A stretch of 64,000 bases of DNA, from NCBI RefSeq assembly GCF_018350175.1, contig NC_058371.1, positions 186,930,001 through 186,994,000 on the forward strand. The letters run 5' to 3'. Positions 1-12,229 of the stretch are shown one piece after another; the first letter of the stretch is position 1; each line of letters begins with the position of its first letter. Under the pieces are notes generated by a model, which was not told the origin of the DNA, searched no databases, and worked only from the letters and a program-made list of their open reading frames with translations. Source of the stretch: Felis catus (Eukaryota). The translations under genes and the position numbers were made by a program.

Positions 1-68
1 TGGGAAACTCAAAGTCTTTTGAGTTTCATTGTCCACATCTGCAAAGTGGGGATGCGAATGCTGTCTAC

Positions 69-247
69 GGGGAGCCTGGGTGGCTCAGTCAGTCAGTTTT
101 GGCTCAAGGGTCATGGGATTGAGCCCTGGGTCAGGCTGTGCACTAGGCATGGAGCCTGCTTAAGACTCTCTCTCCCTCTGTCCCTCTCCCCGACTCATGC
201 TATCTTTCTCTCTCTCTCTCTCAAAAAAGAAAAACTATTTAAAAAAA
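69..247 (+). mobile_element. CAN-SINE with internal deletion
   Basis: GGGGAGCCTGGGTGGCTCAGTC head, (CT)n, A-tail. TSD GAATGCTGT at 56-64 and 248-256. Confidence 0.9.
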
Positions 248-281
248 GAATGCTGTTTATGTTGAAAGTTTAAAGAATATA

Positions 282-474
282 TTTTTTAAGTTTAAGTTTA
301 TTTATAGAGAGAGAGAACAGAGAAGGGGCAGAGAGAGAGTGTGAGAGAGAGAATCCCAGGCAGGCTCCACACCATCAGCACAGAGCCCGACACAGGGTTC
401 AAACCCACACACTGTGAGATCATGACCTGAGCTGAAACTAAGACACCTATCCGACTGAGCCGCTCAGGCGCCCC
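282..474 (-). mobile_element. CAN-SINE
   Basis: T-rich tail, (GA)n, body ending CAGGCGCCCC. Confidence 0.9.
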
Positions 475-669
475 TGTATTGAAAGTTAAATGTGAAGAGT
501 CAATGAGATAATTCTGTGGAAGAGATTAGCATTGTGACTGGCATAAACTAAGTACCACTTTTTAAATATATAGTTTTTCAAATCTATTTACACCTATTTT
601 TGTCATCAATGATGCTATGAAAGAAACTTACTTGCTCCCCAGTATCTACTTTTTCTTTCACATAATCGA

Positions 670-880
670 CTCCTCTTCCCTTCCCCCTTCCTGCTGGCTG
701 GCAGACATGGTGAGGAGTCATCTTTGACTTTATGGATGAGAGTAACACCCCAGGAATGGCAGAGCAGCAAGATCAAAGGAGCCTAGTCACATGACAACGT
801 CGCATAGTTATCATGACAGCTCAGACTTTGTGTAAGAGAAAAATAAACTTCCATTGTGTTGAAGTCACTGTATTTGGAAC
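670..880 (+). mobile_element. Old MaLR LTR fragment (MLT1-like)
   Basis: Recognised motifs ATGGCAGAGCAGCAAGA...GGAGCCT and GAGAAAAATAAACTTC..TGTTGAAGTCACTG. Confidence 0.55.
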
Positions 881-949
881 AAACTAGAATTTGACCCTGT
901 CTTTACGGAGCTTGCATTCTAAAAGGAAAGTGCAGCTGTTATAAAATTA

Positions 950-1490
950 TGTCAGATAGGATACTTTTGGTTTCAAGAAACAGAAAAAATAGAAACTAAG
1001 AGGCTTTGAAATAAAGGGTTTTTTTTTTGGTTTTTGGTTTTTGGTTTTTGGGTTTTTTTGGAGTTTTTTTTTTTTTTTTTTGGCCTCACATAAAAAGGAC
1101 TCTGGATAGTTCCAGGATTCATTTGGTGGTTCAGCAATATCAGGGCTTCATTTCAGTTTCTCTGTGATGCCCTTGGCCCTATCCTCATGATCTAAAAAAG
1201 GCTGCCATAGCACCAACATCATAGCCTCACACAAATAATATGTAAAGTAATAAAAATGGAGAAAGGTATGTTTCTTCTTCCCCTTTCTCTTCCCTCAGGG
1301 TGGAAATTTTTGACAAATATCCTTATCCGGTTTGGTCTCGGGTCCCATTGGTCAAGAGGGGAACACAGGCCAATCCCCTAGCAGCAAGGAGGCCAAGCAA
1401 TCAAGGAACTGGCATTTATTTTTAACCTCTGTAGGCTTGGGAAGGTGGGCTCTGCAAAAAATGAAAAAGGAGTCTCGCAATGCTGTTAGG
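950..1490 (-). mobile_element. Old MaLR LTR (MLT1-like) containing a T-rich low-complexity tract at 1019-1082
   Basis: Starts GTCAGATAGGATACTTTTGGTTTCAAGAAACAGAAA and contains the GCTGCCATAGCACCAACATC motif. Confidence 0.5.
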
Positions 1491-3029
1491 CCTCAGTCTT
1501 TGCAGGACCCCTCTTCCACTTTCTGTAATTTTCATGTGGGCAAGGCAGTGGTGAAATTCTTCTTTAAATGTGCTTATTTATACTCTGCCTGCTTGTTGAG
1601 TTGTCCTCTTGTATTTCAGAGGAAGTAGGTTAGGGTTAATTACTTTTTTGAAAAAGTAGTTGTAACTGCTATTTAATTCAATTCTACCATGTGTCAGGCT
1701 CTCCGTTGAGTGCTTGGTACACGTTATATCATTTAATAAAGCATGCTTTCTGAAAATTGCCGGTCATCTGCTTGTTACCTTCCAAAGCACCGCATGTTAG
1801 TATGAATAAAAATAAAGCTTGGTGATAGAAGGCACTGTGAATCAATTTTCAATATGTTCAAGAATCAACATTACAGAAAGCAGACATCTTATTATCTTGG
1901 GCAAACTACATAAAGTGTTGGCTTAGCTTTTAACTATGGCTTGAAATCGATTCTGATAATGGTGACAGAAAGCACAACGAAAAACTAAAATATATCTGGC
2001 ATTTTCCTGTCAAATAAACTGACCACTCCCTGGGAAATGAGACATTGGTCAAGAATTTAGATCAATTTACCAGTACCATTCTAAGACTTGATGAAAAGTC
2101 TCAATACTCTTCTAATTTGCTTAAATATCTGCTGCAGACATTGTGAACTCTGCCAGTCATTTGCAACTCATAAGTTACTATACATTCTACTTTGGTCTGT
2201 GGGCTTGCCTTTAAATCTGTTGAGTTCAGGGAATTAATGTCTGGAGACTTTATTAAAACAGTCGCCATCACATCCCATCACCCAAAAGCAAATGGTCAGG
2301 TCGCAGATGTGTAGAAGCTACTATGGCTGCAATGAGACAGTTACTGGAAAGATTGTCCAATAAGACTAGATAAATCCCTCATCATGCAGCATGGCCCAAG
2401 GGTGGTATCAGGTCTGTGGCTTAGCCAATTGGGCAAGGTCTCATGTCCTGGCTACGTCTACACTTCTAGATGCATAGGCTCAGCACAAACATAGCCTAGA
2501 ATCATTTACTTTCATACTTGGGTGGTCATGATAATAACATAAGGAACATGTTAAAAATATAGATTCCAATGTCTCATCCTAAAATGTGTATCCAGTAGAT
2601 CCGGGCTAAAGTAAATGATTCTGTATTTTTAACACATGCCCCATGTGATTCTGATGCAGGTAGACCAGATCACAGACAATAATTTGACAAACACTGATCT
2701 AGATGCTGTTCGGTTGGTATCTACTTTGCCAACTTTAAGTTACAAAATTTAGTGTTTTTAAGGAACTGTGAAGTTGGCCTAAAAAAAGGATTCTTTAAAC
2801 TGAGATCACATAAGCCAAGTAATCCAATGGTTACACACCAGAAAAATCAATGCAACCTTACCATGTTGATTGGTTCGTGGTCTGTACACACCCACACCCA
2901 CACACACACTCACACACTCACACCAGCCCAGTGACTCAACAGAGGCAGAGCTGTTAGAGCATTTCATCTCAGTCACTTAGTAAATGAATTATCAAGTATA
3001 TCAGGGACATAATGTAAAGAAAATGTTAA

Positions 3030-3235
3030 CGGGTAGCTCATTTGGTTAAGTGTCTGACCTTGATTGCAGCTCAGGTCATGATCTCACAGTTTGTGAGATT
3101 GGGCCCTGCATCAGGCTCTGTACTGACAGCACGGAGCCTGCTTGGGATTCTCTTTCCCTCTCTCTCTGCCCCTCCCCTGATGGCACTCTCTCTCACTCTC
3201 TCTCATTAAAAATAAATAAATGAAACTTAAAAAAC
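3030..3235 (+). mobile_element. CAN-SINE
   Basis: SINE body, (CT)n, AATAAA tail. TSD AAGAAAATGTTAA at 3017-3029 and 3236-3248. Confidence 0.92.
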
Positions 3236-4053
3236 AAGAAAATGTTAAACAGTTGAAGGCACCCGTGAACTGCTGTAATCAAGTCACCTAATCGTTTTAT
3301 GCCCACTAGTATAACAAAGAAACCTTTGTTATAGGTACCCTTTTCCAGGATAAGCCCTATATTAATATCTGCGAACATGGGCAAACGTTTGGTGGCCATG
3401 CACTTCCAAATTCTCAGATCTTACCCTGGCAAATATCCTTACTTCCCCATAAGATTTCCAAGAGAGATACATGCAAAATACATAAGCAGGATTTTTAGCA
3501 TAAAAGAACCACTAAATTACTAGCTGCATGAAATCTTCCTATTACTTCACTATGTTAAATGGCAGAATTAAAGCAAGTTTTCCTTTGATGGAGACCTAGG
3601 AGGGGCCTTAAATTCCCTCCCATTTACCGCAAATCTAAATTTTGAGACAACTATACATAGTCAGATATGTGGCGGGATGGGGAGACAAGTAGGGAGAGAA
3701 CACAGAAGGGAGCATTCAGAGAAGAGAAAATGAATGAGTAAATATGGTGTGTGGACCCTGACCTAGTTACCTACCTAGTCATATGCTAGGAGATACTATG
3801 CTAGGAGAAGGGCCCTGCCTGGATCTGCTTATTATAGGAAGGGAAATCACAAGAGATAAGGAAAGATGCTGTTCCACCTATAAAGATGGTAAGCTTACCT
3901 GTAACAACAGTATGGCTCTAAGAAGCACTTTGGTCTGTCATCCTATTAGTATGCTTCCTTGGTGTCAGGTACAAAAGGGATGGGGTAGTGGCAGTGGAAG
4001 AGAAATCCAAGTCTGCTGTGGCTATGACTTATCTGATAATTGGATTTCACATT

Positions 4054-4066
4054 GAAATGGCATGGT
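4054..4066 (+). repeat. Target-site duplication GAAATGGCATGGT (second copy 6104-6116)
   Basis: Exact 13-bp direct repeat flanking the SLC25A14+L1 unit. Preceded by TT, giving a TT|GAAA L1 endonuclease-like site. Confidence 0.9.
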
Positions 4067-4735
4067 CACCCATAGCCTTTCAGACACCTCTGTTAAGAAC
4101 CCTGTCATTTCCACCTCCTATTTTGTGCTTTTTTAGGCTTTGAGGAGGCTGTGTTGGAATGCCTGAGCCACCGTCGCCTAGGCAACGATTTGGTTACTTC
4201 CCTTGGTCTCAGTGCTTCGGAGTTGGGGTTGTGGTGGCGTTTCAGATTGTGGGAGCCTCGGCTCCCAAGTTGTCCCATGATCCCAAGCAGCACCAGGAAA
4301 GTAAGCAATGAGATGTTCAGTCTGAATCGGAAACCCTTTGTATATGGCAGCCTTGCCTTTGTTGTTGCTGAGCTTGGAACTTTCCTTGCGGACCTAACCA
4401 AAATGTAACTTCAATTACAAGATGAAAGTATTGATGTCCACTTTAGTGGGGAAAATTCTGAGGAATCTTTCATGCTTTGTTCTCAATCTGTAAAGAAGAA
4501 GGTGTTTTGGCTCTGTATTCTAAAATAGCTCTTGTTTTACTAAGACCGGCATCATATAGCACCATTAAAACTGGCACTTACTGGAGCTTGAAGGGATTAT
4601 TTGTAGAATATTTAGAAGATGAAACTCCTCTAATTAATATGATCGGTGGGATGGTGTCAGGAGTGATATTTTCCAGCATATCCAATCCACTGATGTACTA
4701 AAGGGTGAGATTTAGCTTTAAGCTTGTGTATTTTG
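4067..4735 (+). pseudogene. SLC25A14: Processed, 3'-truncated retrocopy of mitochondrial carrier SLC25A14 (UCP5/BMCP1)
   Basis: Frames give HQ..VSNEMFSLNRKPFVYGSLAFVVAELGTFLADLTK, then LQLQDESIDVHF, then [90 protein letters not shown] and LINMI favour SLC25A14 over SLC25A30. No introns across the coding part. Stop TAA at 4406-4408 and frameshifts near 4300, 4455 and 4688. Confidence 0.92.
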
Positions 4736-5853
4736 CACAAAAATAAATTGATATTGGATTAAAGACCTAAATGTGAGACCTGAAACCATAAAAATCTTAG
4801 AAGAGACCACAGAGAGTAACTTCTCTGACATCACCTTCTTTCTAGAAATGTCTCCTGATGCAAGGGAAACAGAAGCAGTAATAAACAATTGGGACTACAT
4901 CAAAATAAAAAGCTTCTGCACAGCAAAGGAAAACAATCATAACTATTCAAGGCAACTTACTCAATGAAAGAAGATATTTGCAAATGGCATATCCAATAAA
5001 GGATTAGTATCCAAAATCTATAAACAACTTATAAAACTCTACACCCCAAAAATGAATAATCCCATTAAAAAATGGACAGCAGACATGAATAGACATTTCT
5101 CCAAAGAAGACATATAGATAGCTAACAGACACATGGAATGATGCTCAACATCAATTATAGTCAAGGAAATATAAATCGAAACCACAATGAGATATCACCT
5201 CACACTAGTCAAAATGGCTAAAATTAACAACACAGGAAACAACAGGTGTTGGTAAGGATATGGAGAAAGGGGAACCCTCTTGCACTGTTGGTAGAAATGC
5301 AAACCAGTGCAGGCACTCTGGAAAACAGCATGGAGGTTTCTCAAAAAGTTAAAAAAATAACTACTCTACCATCCAGCAATTGCAGTACTAATTCAAAGCA
5401 CTAATTCAAAGGGATATATACACCCCGATGTTTACAGCAGCATTATCTANNNNNNNNNNNNNNNNNNNNNNNNNNNNNNNNNNNNNNNNNNNNNNNNNNN
5501 NNNNNNNNNNNNNNNNNNNNNNNNNNNNNNNNNNNNNNNNNNNNNNNNNNNNNNNNNNNNNNNNNNNNNNNNNNNNNNNNNNNNNNNNNNNNNNNNNNNN
5601 NNNNNNNNNNNNNNNNNNNNACATTNNNNNNNNNNNNNNNNNNNNNNNNNNNNNNNNNNNNNNNNNNNNNNNNNNNNNNNNNNNNNNNNNNNNNNNNNNN
5701 NNNNNNNNNNNNNNNNNNNNNNNNNNNNNNNNNNNNNNNNNNNNNNNNNNNNNNNNNNNNNNNNNNNNNNNNNNNNNTAAGCAAACTAAGTCAGTCAGAG
5801 AAAGCAAGTACCATGATTTCACTTATATTTGGAATATAATAAACGAAACAAAA

Positions 5854-5886
<33 letters not shown>

Positions 5887-6103
5887 CTCTTAGCTACAGA
5901 GAGCAAGCTGATAGTTACCAGAAGGGAGGTAAGTGGGGGATGGGTTAAATAGGTTATGGGCATTAAGTCGTGCACTTGTGATGAGCACTGGGTGATGTAT
6001 GGAAGTGTGGAATCATGATATTGTACACCTGAAACTAATACTACACTGTAATATTAACTGGAATTTAAATAAAAACTTAAAAACAAAACAAAACAAAACA
6101 AAA
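4736..6103 (+). mobile_element. 5'-truncated carnivore LINE-1 (ORF2 C-terminus, 3'UTR, A-rich tail)
   Basis: ORF 4773-4967 ([10 protein letters not shown]...[15 protein letters not shown]) is L1 ORF2p. Typical L1 3' sequence follows, then AATAAA at ~6068 and an (AAAAC)n tail ending at the TSD copy 6104-6116. Confidence 0.95.
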
Positions 6104-6913
6104 GAAATGGCATGGTTAACCCGTTTCCTCATCTCTACCCACTTTTTAACTCTTACCCATCTTTTAGGGTTCGCCTCAAACACATTCTTGTGCCTGACCC
6201 CGATGCAGGCGGTGCTTCCCCTGTGATCACGTGACACACACGTATACCATTCAGTTTGTCACCTCACCTACTGACAGATTATAAGTGATTATACTCACTA
6301 GAAAAAAGTCTAACCCTTATGTGAATTCACAGAATGATCAGAGGGATCTCAGAAATGTGGCTATGCCTGTCTTCCTAACTGGATTTTATGTTCCTTAAAG
6401 ACTGCGACTTGGTTTTGATTATTTTTGCAATCTTTGTACCACCTATAATGTGTAATGCAAAAATTCCCTCACTTACTAACATTCAATTTACAAACTTTTG
6501 TAGTAACAAAGGTTTTAGCTTGGGCAAAAGTGAAGTAATCTCTCAGTCATCAACAGATGGTTGGGTATGGTTCCCTAAGATGTGGCGATGGAGTCTCTCA
6601 CTAATTAACTGCATGTCTGAAGCAGCATCATGTTATCAACTTATTTTTTATTTAAAAAAAAAGAAAGAAAATGCAAGCCTATTTGGGAAAAAATGTATGA
6701 GGATTAAAAAATCATAATTGGCTAACAGCCACAGTTCTTTAACAAAACTTTACACAAACATGCTGAGATTGCTTGTCAAGTATCCCAGGACTTCTGAACA
6801 AATAAGCTAAGGAACAGCCTTTTGGATCCTGACTTGATCATAAGTTAAAGAAGATTTTCAACTACCTACTCAATGTAGTAAGGATTCAGTATTTTTTTTT
6901 GGCTACACAAAAG

Positions 6914-7101
6914 ATTTTTATTTTTTTTTAATTTTATTTAAATCCAAGTTAGTTAACATATAGTGTAATAACGGTTTCAGGAGTAGAATTTAGTGATTCA
7001 TCACTTACATTATCATCCAATGCTCATCTCAACAAGTACCCTCCTTAATGCCCATCACCCCACCCAACACCCCTCCAGCAACCTTGTTTGTTCTCTATAG
7101 T
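6914..7101 (-). mobile_element. Short carnivore L1 3' end
   Basis: T-tail then reverse complement of L1 3'UTR, similar to 5900-6070. Confidence 0.8.
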
Positions 7102-7290
7102 CAATAAATTTTGATCTGATTTCATTTTAATTTCTTTGACTCCAAACTAAATTTTAAGCCTTTTGAAGGGAAGAGCCACATTAACTGCTTCTTTTACATC
7201 CTCTTCAAATGACCAAGCAAGGTGCTAAATAGCACAGTCAGCCATAGAAAGAGAACAAGTTAAAAGAATCATTATCAAAATAAGCCCATG

Positions 7291-7488
7291 GTGGGCACGT
7301 GGGTGGCTCAGTTGGAGTGTCTGACTCTTGATATTGGCTCAAGTCATGATCTCGAAGTTGTGAGATCATCTTCATTGGGCTCTGTGCTGAGCATGGGGCC
7401 TGCTTAGGATTTCTTTCTCTCCCTCTGCCCCCTCCCCTGTTCACGCTCTCTCCCTCTCTCTCTAAAATAAAAATTAGAAAAAGAAAAA
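7291..7488 (+). mobile_element. CAN-SINE
   Basis: GGGCACGTGGGTGGCTCAGTTGG head, (CT)n, A-tail. Confidence 0.9.
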
Positions 7489-7878
7489 CCCATCGTACAT
7501 ATATGTGTATGAGATTCTGCATGCTAACCTAGACTTTTTCCCTCCAAGAAAGCACCCCAGAAATGAAGGGAAAGGAAAAAATGTGGAGAGTATCTTCAGA
7601 CACTTGTATACAGCAGAGTTTGTAGGTTCAGGTCAGACAGCCTGGTTTCTTCAGATGGAGGCACTTATTAAGTATATAATGTTGGGTAAGTCATAGAGCC
7701 ATTCTGTGCCTTGGTTTGCACCTCTGTAAAATGAGGGTGACAACAATAGCAGGCCCCATGTCATATAGACACTCTGAGTCTTAAAAGAATGAGGAGTTTG
7801 AAAAATAGAGCCCACAGCCCAAATCTGCTCCACCACCTGTTATTTCTAAGATAAATAAAGTTTTATTGCAACACAAAG

Positions 7879-7919
<41 letters not shown>

Positions 7920-9450
7920 GTTAATGCATGTGAAGTGCTAAGTGTTTTTGCCTGTCCACTAGCAAATGCTCAGTGAGTGTTCGCTATTGTTTTTGTGGTG
8001 TTGGCAGACATAGACTGGAGTCCTGGTTCTGCTGTTCTTGAGACTTGCAATTTTGTGTTTCCTTATCTGAGAAAGGGAAATATTTAAATATTTAAACCAT
8101 ATGATCTCTAGTATTAATTCTAACTTGGGTTATTCAGTAAAGGACATACATATGGTATTTGAAAGAGAAATTTAGGCAAGGAAAAAGAACAGAGAAAATT
8201 ATTTGATAGAAAGGATTCTTCTTTCTCTTATTATACCCAAAACCAAAAGCAGCTAAGATAGGGAACAGGATACAAGAAGAGATCGTGATAGCATAAAAAG
8301 GAAGAGAAGGCAATATTTCACTCAGGGCTCTATTGCTTTTATTAACTGAGAGACAAATTCACTCAGAACTTTTAATTCTTCAAATAACAGGCATCATAAA
8401 CACCATTAGCTGTTTGCTTGTGCCTGTAGCGTTTACTGTAATTCCTCAGATTAAAACCACAGCTTCTAATATNNNNNNNNNNNNNNNNNNNNNNNNNNNN
8501 NNNNNNNNNNNNNNNNNNNNNNNNNNNNNNNNNNNNNNNNNNNNNNNNNNNNNNNNNNNNNNNNNNNNNNNNNNNNNNNNNNNNNNNNNNNNNNNNNNNN
8601 NNNNNNNNNNNNNNNNNNNNNNNNNNNNNNNNNNNNNNNNNNNNNNNNNNNNTCCCCAGTGTGCAGTGGTGATGGTTCGCATTCTTCAAGGCTTATGATG
8701 TTAAAATGCCTTTAATTATGTTCCGGATAGCTATTCATAAGGCATCCTTAAACCTCTCCANNNNNNNNNNNNNNNNNNNNNNNNNNNNNNNNNNNNNNNN
8801 NNNNNNNNNNNNNNNNNNNNNNNNNNNNNNNNNNNNNNNNNNNNNNNNNNNNNNNNNNNNNNNNNNNNNNNNNNNNNNNNNNNNNNNNNNNNNNNNNNNN
8901 NNNNNNNNAGGTTCCTTTGCTGGGCACTTGATGTCTGCATTGGTCTCCTCTGCCATTCTTTAGAGGTCAGCCAAACAGAAAATTCAAACTGGTACTTAAT
9001 GCAATTCAAAAGCCTAAGCACTGCAAACAGCCATCACCTTTTGGGGCCATTTGGAGACCCTGAGAATCAAGCAGATGGTAAGCGGCGGAGCCCCTTACAG
9101 ATTTGTGTTTCTGGCAACACCTTGTAATGGGGAACATGAAAGTAATGTTGAGTTGCCAATCGCAGTGCTAGGTGGGCACTTGAAAACTGAAAACCTAAGT
9201 CTATCGATAGTTTCTCCTGAACATAAGCAATTGCTGGCTGGGCTACATACAGTGATAGACTTTATTCTCAAGCCATTAATTTAAACACTCAGACTCCAAA
9301 ACCCAAAAAAGAATCAACTTCATGGATCTCTGGCCTTGTTAACAAGTAGCAAATGGGGTAAGTTATATTTCAGGAGCACTGGCTCACCAAGTCCTTGTTA
9401 AGGGCACAGCAACTTTGGAAATGTCCTTGTTTTCAGGGATTTTCTTTCCG

Positions 9451-9452
<2 letters not shown>

Positions 9453-9497
<45 letters not shown>
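9453..9497. repeat. (CA)n microsatellite (others at ~2886-2921, 7880-7917, 42505-42547, 44709-44766)
   Basis: Directly visible. Confidence 0.97.
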
Positions 9498-9500
<3 letters not shown>

Positions 9501-11734
9501 TACATCTGCTTCCTCTATGTGAAATTTCTATAAGCCCATGACAAACAAGTGGGAGCAGGGGAACCCAGAGCCCATAGCCATTCAGAAGAAAGACCAAGTA
9601 CAGAATGGGATATGAAGTCATTTCCAGGGGCCACCCAGATAATGAGGCATGACTTCATTTTCTTTCAATAATTTGTACAATAATTTTACTGTGGGTTTTC
9701 TGCTTACACAGAGAAATCTAGGCCCATTATCATAAATCTGGACAGCAGAGATGCCATGGCATAAGTTCTACTACTCAGAGATGATCACTGATAATATTTT
9801 GGTCTTTTCACCTAATCTTATTTTCAAGCATTGTTGTATGGTCAATTTGTTTTATATCTGTTCATTTCTAGCCTACACCTAATCATGATCTTTAATTAAT
9901 TTTGCTTATTTATCAGTTTATTGTCTGTGACCCGATCCCTGCCCCCAAACCCTCCTCTTGCCCTAGAAAGTATGCTTCCAAAAGGATTAGAGTTTTGTCC
10001 TATTCCTTCATTTTGTAGAACCTGGGGACCACTTCAGCACTCAATAGATTATTGAATGCATGAATCAATTGAGATCAAATTGAGCATATAACATTAAATC
10101 TTATATTTCTCTCCCAACATCATAACAGTGTAATGAGCACATCTTGTGTGTCACTACATAATCCCCTCAGTCTTTCCACTCATTCCAAGTAGTACAGGAG
10201 TGTCTAGTTCCCTGTAGGCCTTCATGAAGTTCATGCAAGAGCGGTTGGAGAACGCCTTACCCCCACTTGGCCTGGCCATAAAATATGAATTACTATATCC
10301 TGTGTAATAATTTTAGTATTACTGAATGTTTTGGTGATTTATAGTTTTCAATATTAAAAATAAAGTTATGATGATCTTCTCCACATGCAAAGATTTTCCT
10401 CATTTAAGAAATGGAATTAGTAAATCAAAGATGAAAGGGTTTTTTTTAACAACATATTGACCAATTACCCCCCAAAAGACTGTACCATTTTACACTTTCA
10501 TAACAATACAGAAGCTGGTTCCTTTCACTGCAAGCTTACCAGTACCAAGTATTATCTGCATTGCTGTTTTGATAATTTGGTAAGTTGAATACAATTTTTT
10601 ATTTTAATTTACATTAATTTAATTTTTCGTATTTCTAGTATCCCCTCTTTTAGTAACTGTCTCTTATGGAAGATCAAGACTTTTCAGAATTTTGTGAGGA
10701 GTCAGACATACTCTGCAACATGAGCCAAATCACCCTAGGAGATGGCCATTAGACCAAATGAAGGTTGGAGAGGAAACCTAAGGGAAGGTTTGAGTTGGAA
10801 CAAGAAGGAGAAGGGAGCTGTTCAACTGAATAAACATGGGTGCCTATTCCCGGCCACATGGGAAGATAGTGGAGGTCCAGAGATGAAAAAGCCACAAAAC
10901 TGTCATCTTGGAGCTACTAGTCTAGTGATCATGTTGAAGAGAGAACTGAATGCCTAAACTAAAGTCATCCTATAGAAAAATTATACAGGAAGCTTTATTA
11001 AGGTTTGGCTTCATTGGAAAGGGTAAAAATGAGTTCAAAATCCTCCCACAGCAAATTAGGGAAAGTGCATTGTTTGGAATGCATTTAGATGGGCTATGAA
11101 AGAAATTACACAATGCTGGTGGTTTAGAGGTAGATGTACCTGGATTAGGTTCAAGTGATACCACATGGGGTAAATGATAATGCAATATTATAATAAGGAA
11201 AACCAAACGTAAGAATTAGCCAACCCTGGTTTCAAGACTAAATTCAATGGCTTCTAGGTTATGGCCTTGGACATGTTAATTTCTTTGGTCTTGTATTTTC
11301 TTATCTGCGGAATGAAGATGATAATACCTTCTTGACAGGGTTGTGATATAATTCTAAATAAGATAGTGCATGGAAGAGCCTAGCAAATCATAATGGTACA
11401 AAGTAGATAACTGATAAAAGTCATGAAGAAAAAAAAATGTTAAAGTTTTTTGAAGTCAAAGACAAAATTCCTCTGAAGACGAGAACTATGTTTTGGTTAC
11501 GTGAATAGATCAGTGTCCCATTTGACCAGGAAGAGATAGGCCCAAGACCAGCATCTGAAAATGAAGAAAAGGTTGTAAAATATAGAAACTATGAAGAAAG
11601 TAAGAAGTAACAACCAAACAGTAACAGTAAGAACCACAACAAAATGCTGATAAAAGAAACTGTCCCAATAACTTTTTTTCAAAAATGAAGGATATGAAAT
11701 AATAAGTAACCAAAGCTACTTGCTACATGTTAAT

Positions 11735-11968
11735 AATACTGTATGGTATACTTGAAATATTGCTAAGAGAGTAAATCTTGCATGTTCTCATTACCAAAAA
11801 AAGACAAAAAAAATCTTAACCTGTATGAGGTGATGGATGTGTTAATTAAATTGACTGTGGTAATCATTTCACTACGTATGCATGGATCAAATCATTACAT
11901 TGTCCTCCTTAAATACACACAATTTTTATTTGTCAATTACATCTCAATGAAGCTGGAAAAAACCAAAA
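11735..11968 (+). mobile_element. Ancient L1M 3' end (related ends at ~12440-12580, ~18930-19075, ~51430-51790)
   Basis: Typical L1MA/MB terminus: GATGGATGTGTTAATTAA...AATCATTTCAC...TTTATTTGTCAATTACATCTCAATGAAGCTGGAAAAAA. Confidence 0.8.
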
Positions 11969-12015
11969 GTGACTTTTTCCTACCTGCTCACAAAATTGGA
12001 TGTTGTCACTCTTTA

Positions 12016-12229
12016 TTTTTTTTTTTATTTTTCTAACATTTATTTATTTTTGAGAGACAGAGCACCAGTGGGGAAAGAGCAGAGAGAGAGGGAGACACAG
12101 AATCCACAGCAGGCTTCAGGCTCTGAGCTGTCAGCACAGAGCCCGATGCGGGACTCAAACCCACAGATCCTGAGATCAAGACCCGAGCTGAAGTCGGCAC
12201 CTAACTGACTGAGCCCCCAGGCACCCCTA
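12016..12229 (-). mobile_element. CAN-SINE (felid type)
   Basis: TSD ATGTTGTCACTCTTTA at 12000-12015 and 12230-12245. Confidence 0.93.

Noticed and set aside
4151-4701. ORFs 4151-4408 and 4477-4701 as a functional UCP5 retrogene
   Set aside because: In-frame stop, several frameshifts, loss of the carrier-signature proline (FPVD to FLAD), and only about half the carrier is present.
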